Source: Naegleria gruberi
Lineage: Eukaryota
Length of the DNA stretch: 64,000 nucleotides
Reading direction: 5' to 3' (one strand)
Assembly: GCA_000004985.1 (NCBI GenBank)
Contig: GG738881.1
A program made the position numbers and the translations under genes. Within the stretch, counting starts at the first letter, position 1. Each line of letters begins with the position of its first letter. The notes under the pieces were generated by a model that was given only the letters and a program-made list of their open reading frames with translations, had not been told where the DNA came from and did no database searches. Of the stretch, positions 56,072 through 64,000 are shown piece after piece.

Positions 56072-57653
56072 ATGGGAAATAACAAGACAAGGGAAAATGC
56101 ACAAATATCGAAAATAACTTCCAATTCTACTTCTTCTTCTGGTGGAGTTGGACGTTTCGGTAGTCAATCGGCAGCAGCATCATCATCTGCATCGAATGGA
56201 TTTTTGCGAAATGAAAGTGCTTCATCTTCGTTTATAGTTTCGAATAGAGAATTGAATAGTGTAATAGTCGGTTCGAAAATGGATTCAGAAATTTATTTGT
56301 ACGGTTATACGAGTACTTTATATTATGATGGTATCAATCCTGGGTGTGGTGTGACAAAGATCATTGATAATATCAATTCGGATGATGTTATTCGTTCTAG
56401 GGATTTGTGTGTTCAATCAGAAAATAATGGATTGAGTGCTGTTAAATTAATTCTAAAGCATACTTTGGTTTATAAGGTCATTTCTGGAAGATTACATTCA
56501 CATATTATTACAGCTGATGGCAGAATACTGAGTTTTGGGTCGAATAATCATGGTCAATTAGGTAGGTTAACAATAGCTTTGAAATTCATTTAAATTTCGT
56601 TGAAACTGATTGGCAATGCAGGTTGTGGAGTTGTTGGAAGTTTGAAAGCATCATATGGTATAGTGAGGGCAACTGGAGAAATTACCAATCATTTCATTAT
56701 TGATGGAGCAGCAGGTGGTTATCATTCTCTATTTATCACATCTGAAAATAAGGTGTTTTCTGTTGGAGGAAACTCTAGTAGACAATTGGGTGTAATAACA
56801 ACTGATTCGACAGCAACTGCCACTGCTATTGAAATTCCAGAGCAATCATTTGATGGAAGAAAGGTTGTGGCATGTTCAGCTGGTGATTCTCACAGTTGTT
56901 TCTTAACTAGTTGTGGAAATATCTATTTTGCTGGATCTAATTCTAATGGTGCATGTGCAGGGAATTCTGGAAATAATAGACCAATATTATTGGTGAATGA
57001 AATTCTTGCAAATGAATTTCCAATTCAAATATCATGTGGCTATGACAATACAATGATTTTGTGTCAGAGTGGAAATATATATGGTGTTGGATGTAATAGT
57101 TGTGGACAATTGGCAAGTAAGTAATTGTAATGATTCAATAATTATTGAATGAGTTATTCCAGCTGATGATGGTGATCATACCAACTTTGGAGATATTCGA
57201 AAGATTTATAACGGAGTTAAAGGAATTGTGTGGATTGGATCTGGATACTTTTGCTCTGCTGTTTGTGCAGAGGATGAATGTTATTTTGCTCCCTCACAAA
57301 CTACCTATTCTAAACTGAGTAAGATTAATCCAAATGCTATTGCAGTCGGTGTTGGTGATTCTATCATTTTTGCAACTAATGAGATTAATCAAAATGGAAA
57401 ATTTGGTAAATTGTACGTCATGAGTTCAGGTAAGGCCACAGATATTACAGGAGATTTCTCAATTGATTCAGTCTCATCAAAAATTGAGTTTAGTGGTCAA
57501 AGAGATGTCTATATTGCATATGTCTCAAAATTTGATCCTGCCTTTATGATTTCTCATCATTTCCTTCATTTGGAGAAGATTTTGGATTTTGTCAAGGGAA
57601 ATTCCTCACAATATTCTGGCTCAACTGTATTTTCTGATATTCAAATTCAATAG
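56072..57653 (+). CDS. RCC1-repeat (beta-propeller) protein. Three exons: 56072-56561, 56622-57116, 57163-57653.
   Basis: RCC1 motifs GSNNHGQLG|GCGVVGS, GGNSSRQLG, AGSNSNGACAG and GCNSCGQLA are present. The introns are 60 bp (gtaggt…tgcag) and 46 bp (gtaagt…ttccag). The total is 1476 nt in frame. Confidence 0.75.
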
Positions 57654-57706
57654 ATTCATTTAAGAATGTTGAAATACAAATATTATCTATTAATTCGCTT
57701 TGATGG

Positions 57707-59080
57707 CTATTTCTTAATTTTCTTGGATTTAATTTTTGAAATAGTTTCTGTAAAATATCCGCCAATAGCAATTTGATATGGTTCTGCAAGCTTTGAGGTT
57801 GTAAAACTGGAAAATGATTCGAAGGATATCAAATTCTGTTCAAATAAATTACTAATGACCAGTTCAAAGAAAGATGGTCCAAACTTAATAGTTCTTTCAT
57901 AAATTTGTTCGAGGGATGAATTGGACAAGTTTGCAATGAGGGAACATACTCTATTGATGACTGTTTTGTCTTTTGTTAAATCTAAAATTCTCTTACTGTG
58001 TGAAACAACTTCTTGTTTGTCTGTGTCTGTTATATTTGTTTGTCTTCCAATCATGTTGCATACGTCAATCAACATGCCAATAAATATAGATATATCCTCA
58101 TCTTGAATTAAAAACACTGTGGAATCCTTTTCAATAATACCAATTCTCAATCGTTTGAGTGTTAACTCTTGTGATGAATTTGGCCTGAGGGTGAGAGAAA
58201 ACTTGACTAGCTCCAAGAGATTAATAGAGGTAAATTGTGGATAACTCTCAGGTTGTTTCATAATTTCAATAACTTGATCAACTTGTTTTCCAATCAAATC
58301 TTGACACTTGGCGTTAATGTACTTTACACTCATAAAATTTAAGTGTTGGAAAGGTAAATTTGTAATAGGACTCTTCTTTCCATTCTTTTCTATCCAATCA
58401 TCAATCGCCTTCTTGTCATAAATATTACCGTCAGGAGCAAGCACTGCATGTTTAAATACTTGCTTTGAGAGAGGGCATACGCAATGATTTTCATGAAATA
58501 TTTGAATGGATGTGAGAGATTCCATATCTAACACTGGATCAACAGTTGAGGATTTCCTTTTTTTCAAACAATTAGAGAAATCAGTCTTTCCTAATAATCC
58601 CATCATGTTGGCCTCTTTTAAAAGAGCATCTTCATCCATCTCCTCAATTGCTCTCTTTTTTGCCAATTTTTCCTCTCTATCCATGTTAATCACCACATCA
58701 AACTCTTTACTATCAAATTCCTTTGGCTGAATACCAATCCACTCTTCCTTCTGATCATCTCTGCTGATTGTAAAACGGTCCACTACTATATTTCTAATTT
58801 CCGTATTCTTCCTCTCCAAACATTCTTCCACAATGAATTTGATTAAAAGTTTGCAATTAATTAATTTAAAATCATTCAAGAGCTGATGATAATTTTCCAT
58901 CTTTTTAATCAATTCATTCCTACAATTAAATTCGGATAATATAGCAGCCTCCCTTCCGATCAAACTAGCATCATCATGAACATTTAATTGAGTGTCCAAA
59001 TAATAACAATAACACTTTAAAAGATTAGGAAACATTTCCTCCACCATCAAGTCTACAAAATAATATTCACTATTTTCCAT
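57707..59080 (-). CDS. U-box domain protein (putative E3 ubiquitin ligase), 457 aa.
   Basis: Central U-box VCPLSKQVFKHAVLAPDGNIYDKKAIDDWIEKNGKKSPITNLPFQHLNF. Confidence 0.65.
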   Translation of the reverse strand: MENSEYYFVDLMVEEMFPNLLKCYCYYLDTQLNVHDDASLIGREAAILSEFNCRNELIKKMENYHQLLNDFKLINCKLLIKFIVEECLERKNTEIRNIVVDRFTISRDDQKEEWIGIQPKEFDSKEFDVVINMDREEKLAKKRAIEEMDEDALLKEANMMGLLGKTDFSNCLKKRKSSTVDPVLDMESLTSIQIFHENHCVCPLSKQVFKHAVLAPDGNIYDKKAIDDWIEKNGKKSPITNLPFQHLNFMSVKYINAKCQDLIGKQVDQVIEIMKQPESYPQFTSINLLELVKFSLTLRPNSSQELTLKRLRIGIIEKDSTVFLIQDEDISIFIGMLIDVCNMIGRQTNITDTDKQEVVSHSKRILDLTKDKTVINRVCSLIANLSNSSLEQIYERTIKFGPSFFELVISNLFEQNLISFESFSSFTTSKLAEPYQIAIGGYFTETISKIKSKKIKK

Positions 59081-59592
59081 CCATCATTAATATCATAATT
59101 CTCCATTTGCAAAACATACCCATCGAGTAGCAAAACAACAGGAAGTGAAGTAATTCCTTTCATTTTTTTAAAGAATAAAACAATAAAGATGTGTCCCCAA
59201 TTTTCAGAAGGTCAAGTAAAAAGTACAGTAGAGTACGGTTTTGGGACCTCAATATTCTGCTTGTTGAGAAGTGTAATTTTGAAATTCCAAACTTTTTTCA
59301 TCTCTCTCATACAAGAAACTTCCACCATTATTTGATAGTGACCATCAAGGACAAGATGATGACAATTACTAATGAAACTGAACCTCGTGCGCAACAAAAA
59401 TAAATCTCATTCCTTCCTCATGAATGGAACTTTTAATAAGTGACAGAGAGAAACTTCAAGGTTTAGGACTGATTCTCGTCATCGGATGAGTACAGTAAAT
59501 ACGCGCGCTCCAGCAATTGTTTTTATCTAGATTTCCTATAAAAGGAAGTTCCCTGTGAAACAAACTTCCACAATCAAAAAACACAAAAAAAA

Positions 59593-60705
59593 ATGGCCAT
59601 CCTTTCAAACAGAAGAATTTTATTTGTTGCTCGTCCTGAAAACACACCAAAATCTGCTCATTTCACATTGAGTGAACCAGTTGAGGAAATCAATTCTGAA
59701 ACTTGCTTAAACGAAGGTGAAATTCTTGTGAAAACCTTATTCCTCTCAGTTGATCCGTATTTGATTATACCAATGGGAAGAAAGGGAGTGCACCCTGATG
59801 TGGTTCCTAATCAAACTCCATATCCATTGAAACAATTCAAGAATGCAGCAACTATTGCAAATGTTGGAGATGTTTTTGGAGGAAGAGGTGTTGGACACGT
59901 GGTTGCATCCAAACATGATGATTACAAGGTTGGAGATTTGGTTGCTGCTGATTATAAATGGCAAGAATATGCAATCATTAATGTGAAATCAGAGTTGACT
60001 TTTGAAAAATTGGAAAATGAAATATTTAGTCAAGTTTCTCCATCAACTGCTTTGGGTGTTTTGGGTGTGAGTGGTTCTAATGCATTGTGGGGTTTCAATT
60101 TCGTCCTTCCAAAAGATGAGAAACCAATCGAAGGAAAGACAATTGTTGTAAGTGCTGCAGCTGGTTGCATTGGACTTACTGTTGCTCAATTGGCCAAAAA
60201 CAAGGGTTTCCGTGTGGTTGGTATTGCAGGAGGTGAGGAAAAGGGTGAGAAATTGCTTTCTGAATTTAAATTGGATGCCGTAGTTGATTACAAAAAGGCA
60301 AATGGTGACTTGACCTTATTTAGTCAACTGTTGAAGGAAGCAGCTCCAAATGGAGTAGATGCATTTTTTGATAATGTAGGAGGATTGGTTGCTGATGCAG
60401 TGTATGAAAATCTCAATTTGAATGCAAGAGTTTATTTTTGTGGAGCTATTTCACAATATGGAGATGGAAAATCAATTTCAACTCCTGAGAAATACACAAA
60501 CAATCCAAATGTTACAAGTATTACATGTTTTCAAGCTGATTACATTGATACTATTCCACAAGCAAGAAGAGAACTCTTTGAATTGATTCAAAAAGGTCAA
60601 TTGAAACCAGTTGAGTGGATTACAAATGGCATTGAACAAACTCCAAGAGTTTTTGAGGAGATGTATGCTGGAAGAAACTTTGGTAAAACACTTATTCAAA
60701 TTTAA
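59593..60705 (+). CDS. NADP-dependent oxidoreductase of the MDR superfamily (prostaglandin reductase / alkenal reductase-like), 370 aa.
   Basis: Motifs LFLSVDPYLI and VSAAAGCIGLTVAQLAKNKGFRVVGIAGGEEK (Rossmann). A TATA-like CCTATAAAAGG lies about 50 bp upstream of the ATG. Confidence 0.85.
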   Translation: MAILSNRRILFVARPENTPKSAHFTLSEPVEEINSETCLNEGEILVKTLFLSVDPYLIIPMGRKGVHPDVVPNQTPYPLKQFKNAATIANVGDVFGGRGVGHVVASKHDDYKVGDLVAADYKWQEYAIINVKSELTFEKLENEIFSQVSPSTALGVLGVSGSNALWGFNFVLPKDEKPIEGKTIVVSAAAGCIGLTVAQLAKNKGFRVVGIAGGEEKGEKLLSEFKLDAVVDYKKANGDLTLFSQLLKEAAPNGVDAFFDNVGGLVADAVYENLNLNARVYFCGAISQYGDGKSISTPEKYTNNPNVTSITCFQADYIDTIPQARRELFELIQKGQLKPVEWITNGIEQTPRVFEEMYAGRNFGKTLIQI

Positions 60706-61068
60706 ACTCTGAATTTCTACATCAATTATATAAATAATAAATCGAATCTATCAACTATAATACCTTCGAACAAGTAAAATTATTTGGAAGAATCTCTTTA
60801 ATAAAGCAGACGAAAAGAATAAACCAATATTTCGTAAGCTTCATTACTACTTTTGTTCAAGGAAACTTTCAAGTTGTTTGGAATATCTTCTTCAAACAAA
60901 ACATCCCCAACATCATTGTCCAATAGTCTATAGTTAGTAATATTCCTGTTGTTCTTTGAGGTTTTGTGGATACATTACAGACTTTCGAACTGAATCCCTA
61001 TGCTTCATTTTTCTTTTTCAACAAATTATTTATTATTTACATATTTACAATGAAGTATTTAAGGATGA

Positions 61069-62472
61069 TTATTGGTGAATGAGATCAGAGATGGCTCTTT
61101 GAATATCTCCTTCATACTTATTCAATAAGGTAATATTGAGAATGTGATTGGTGAAACCCATTTGATTCAATAATTTCAATTCTTTTTGATATTTGTGTGG
61201 AATGGTTGTTTTCACAACTGGTTCTTCTTCTTCTTCAGGAATTGATTCAATAATTGGATCTTGATTTTCAAGAAGTTGATTGGAAACTTGTTGAGCTTGT
61301 TGATTGACTGATTCTGTTTCTTCTTGAGCAGCAACTGTTTCTTGTTGAACTTGTTCAGAAACTGATTCAGTTGGTTGATCTTCAATTAAATTGGAGAGAA
61401 GCAATGAAGTTGTAATATTTGGAGTATTTTCGGCAACAATTTCTTGTTCCTTCAATTGTTCTTGAATTGATTCTTCTTCTTTTGGTTGAGAAACAACAGC
61501 TGCAATTGGAGAGGTTTCAATTGGTTTCTCCTCTTGTTTCTTTTCCTGAGTTTATGATGGTTGACTCTTTTGTTCTTCTTCTCTCATTTCCTTCATTCTT
61601 TGAAGTAATAATTCTCTGAATGATTGAGGTGTAGAAGTAGTTTCTTTCTTTTCTTTCTTTGGTTCCTCTTTCTTTGGTTGTTGTTGAGCTTCATTACTTG
61701 TTGGAATTCCCAAAAGATCAGCAAGATTAATTTCAATTCTTCTCACTTTTGGTTTTGTTTGAGGAGTGGAAGCAGAAACTTGTGGGAAGAATGATTGTTT
61801 TGGTTGAGTTGACTTGTCATTTGAAAATGCAGATCTAAAAGCATTTTCAATCATATTTTCCCAAGATTGTTCTGATTGTTGTTGAGGAACTTGTTTCTTT
61901 TGAGATTCAACTCTTGGTTGTTGTAATTGAGCAAATAAACATGATGGTTGTGAAATTCTATTGAAAGTAGTATGTTGAGCTGGTTTGATTGATTTCTTTT
62001 CGCAAATAATCTTAGTCAATTTGCCCTTCATTAATTTCAACAAGAAATGGAAATCTCTTAAATTGGTCAATGAAACCAAATCATCTTCATCATCAACATA
62101 ATGTAATTCATATTGTCTCATATCGATGGAATGTTCTCTCAATACTCTATCAAATAATTCGAAACTTCCCTCATGATTAGAATCAATTTCAAATCTCAAT
62201 ACATTTGAAGCACTATTCAAATTGTGATTGAACTTTCCTTCAAAAATATAAACCTTGAATGGAACATTTCTTTCAACTTGTCTTGTTTGTGGAGAAATCA
62301 TATATGAAAGTGGAATTTTTTGTACATTATTTGCGAAATGTTGAGTTGGGATATATTGATAATCATTGAATGATGAAGTTTCTCTCAAATTTGGATAAGA
62401 AACTTGTCTTGGAATAGTTTGTTGAGGTTGGAAAGCAGCTGCAGTAGAAACTGGAATGTGAAAGAAACTCAT
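61069..62472 (-). CDS. PB1 + UBA (p62/SQSTM1- or NBR1-like) protein. A single reading frame is interrupted by one in-frame TAA at 61554-61552.
   Basis: N-terminal PB1 with OPCA motif (…FKVYIFEGKF…YELHYVDDEDDLVSLTNLRDFHF…). C-terminal UBA (LKLLNQMGFTNHILNITLLNKYEGDIQRAISDLI). The two ORFs, 62472-61552 and 61455-61069, are in the same frame, and the frame stays open across the junction except for the TAA. Confidence 0.6.
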
Positions 62473-63253
62473 TTTGATGTTTAGTTATGTTAGTATAGTT
62501 ACACTTCTTAATAAGATTTTGTACAAAATTTGACAAGTAGCTTAAAAGACAAGTTGTTGTTAATTTTTTTTTTCTTGTTGTTTTTCTTTCCCTCCTCTTT
62601 TAGATCTATTTATAGTTTTCATAAGGAAATTAATTTTGCACGTGCTCAATACATTGTCCTCACAAGCACAAATTGTTAATGTGATTGAACTCTCGGAATT
62701 TTGCACGGAATGATATTTTTATCCTCGGAAGCAGAAAATTCCTTCCTATTAAACTCAAGAAATTAAGTTCTAATGTTCAAGTATGAAAGAATGGCAGTTG
62801 AAGATATCCCATTATTATTGACATTCAGCAAGTTGTTGGTGTCTTTAAGAAGCTGCTTTAATGGTGGACCAGCAACTAATTCATTTCACTTTAAGAATTT
62901 GGCTCTTTCATCTCCAATTTCACTTATTTGACTTCTTCACCAATTTCATTTTCACAAATATTAAGTGAGTTCTGTATGATGAAATCCTGATGATAATCAA
63001 GCCCAGATATTGATAGTATTTTCGACAAATTTATATCGTAACACATCTTAACGAATACATTGTTACAAAAACCATTATCAATCTCCAAAACTCCCAACAC
63101 TGTAAAGTTGGTCACTTTCTATTTTTAAAATTCACAAAAAAAAATATTTTCAAAGCAAAAAACCTGAAAGTTTGATTTTGATCAAAATTCATCGGCTTTA
63201 AATTCACACTTGTACATATATCATATAATATTAGATTCAGCCATCAATTTGGG

Positions 63254-64000
63254 ATGAGCAGTTCTTCCTCAACGACGACGACGACAACTTTGTTCTTTTC
63301 GGGATGTAATTTGGGTCATCAATTCTTTGGGAAAAATCAAGAATCAGAGAAGAGAAATGGTTTGTATGAGAAGGGTTGTTATTCGGCTCCTGCTCCTTCG
63401 ATTTCTTCTTCTTATACACCTACATTTGCGTTCGGAGCTGCAGCAACTATGAATTTCTTGAATAATAATAATATGGGCCTGGCAGCTTCTTCTCGTGATG
63501 GCGTTTCTAAAAGTAATGAAAATGATGCTGCGAGAAGAGCCTTGCCTGATATGACACCTGTTAGATTGGAGGATTTAGGAGTGGATATTTCATTTTCTAG
63601 AAGAAGAAGAAATGAATTGGACGAAAGTGTCTATGTAAAGAAAGTGAGCTGTGGAAAGGATTTTATTTATATATTATTGTCTGATAATAGAGTTATTTCT
63701 AGAGGAGGAAATCGTTATGGTCAACTGGGATTAGGTCACAGACAAGAAATTTGTGATAGTGTTAATGATTTTCTTCCAGTAACTGTGAGTCATAACGAAA
63801 CAATTGAGGATATTCAATGTGGAGCTGATTTTGCCTATTTTCTTACAAAGAGCTCTAATATCTACAGCGTAGGAAATGGTTCTTATGGTAAATTGGCAAC
63901 AGGAAATTTTAATAATGTTCTCATTCCAACGAGAGTGAAAAGCTCATTATTTAATTTTAGAATTATAGAACATGTTGCTTGCGGGCATAATCATGTAGTT
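63254..64000 (+). CDS. RCC1-repeat protein, 5' part; it continues beyond the window end.
   Basis: Open from the ATG at 63254 to the window edge. RCC1 motifs GGNRYGQLGLGH, CGADFAYFLT, VGNGSYGKLATG and VACGHNHVV. Confidence 0.6.
   Translation, partial: MSSSSSTTTTTTLFFSGCNLGHQFFGKNQESEKRNGLYEKGCYSAPAPSISSSYTPTFAFGAAATMNFLNNNNMGLAASSRDGVSKSNENDAARRALPDMTPVRLEDLGVDISFSRRRRNELDESVYVKKVSCGKDFIYILLSDNRVISRGGNRYGQLGLGHRQEICDSVNDFLPVTVSHNETIEDIQCGADFAYFLTKSSNIYSVGNGSYGKLATGNFNNVLIPTRVKSSLFNFRIIEHVACGHNHVV

Noticed and set aside
61535-61575. A 20-nt GT..AG candidate (gtcaac…ctcag) that would splice out the in-frame TAA of the PB1-UBA gene.
   Set aside because: It is far shorter than the minimum intron seen here (37 nt) and has a poor donor. 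The TAA is better explained by a sequence error, nonsense allele or readthrough.

Overview
This window is AT-rich eukaryotic nuclear DNA, not prokaryotic. It is compact (about one gene per 2 kb of ungapped sequence) and intron-poor, with a mix of 100-160 bp introns and ultra-short 37-60 bp introns. Pol III genes are dispersed: tRNA-Gly(GCC), tRNA-Val(AAC) and a solitary 5S rRNA. Codon usage (AGA/GGT/CCA/CAA), very AT-rich intergenic DNA, an RWP-RK factor, tandem Cys-rich surface repeats and an ADHAPS gene point to an amoebozoan, most likely a dictyostelid-like social amoeba; this is inference without a database search. Three N-gaps interrupt the window (4020-4168, 10409-11406, 13137-22455), and several listed 'ORFs' are artefacts of translating N as X. 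Recognisable genes include a PAS-adenylyl cyclase, a DUF4386-like membrane protein, alkyl-DHAP synthase, a His-rich stefin, a 7-exon class III ADH, a ThiF/E1-like protein, a tandem-repeat Cys-rich/EGF surface protein, a Mn/Fe-SOD with signal peptide and KDEL, cyclophilin, an Sgf11/ATXN7L3 homolog, an RWP-RK protein, an atypical Ras-like GTPase, a DUF4116 repeat protein, three F-box proteins, a sirtuin, a pectin-lyase-fold surface protein, a long P4-ATPase flippase, a mitochondrial carrier, SAM, LysM and U-box proteins, an MDR oxidoreductase, two RCC1-repeat genes and a PB1-UBA (p62-like) gene. No CRISPR, operon-like defence island or mobile element is visible. The most interesting observations are an ER-targeted SOD, a p62-like gene with a single in-frame TAA, a beta-helix gene split by a +1 frame change at a UGA, bacterial-type genes at the left edge (PAS-AC, DUF4386), a His-rich stefin with a mutated QxVxG loop, and an intron population at the spliceosomal length minimum.
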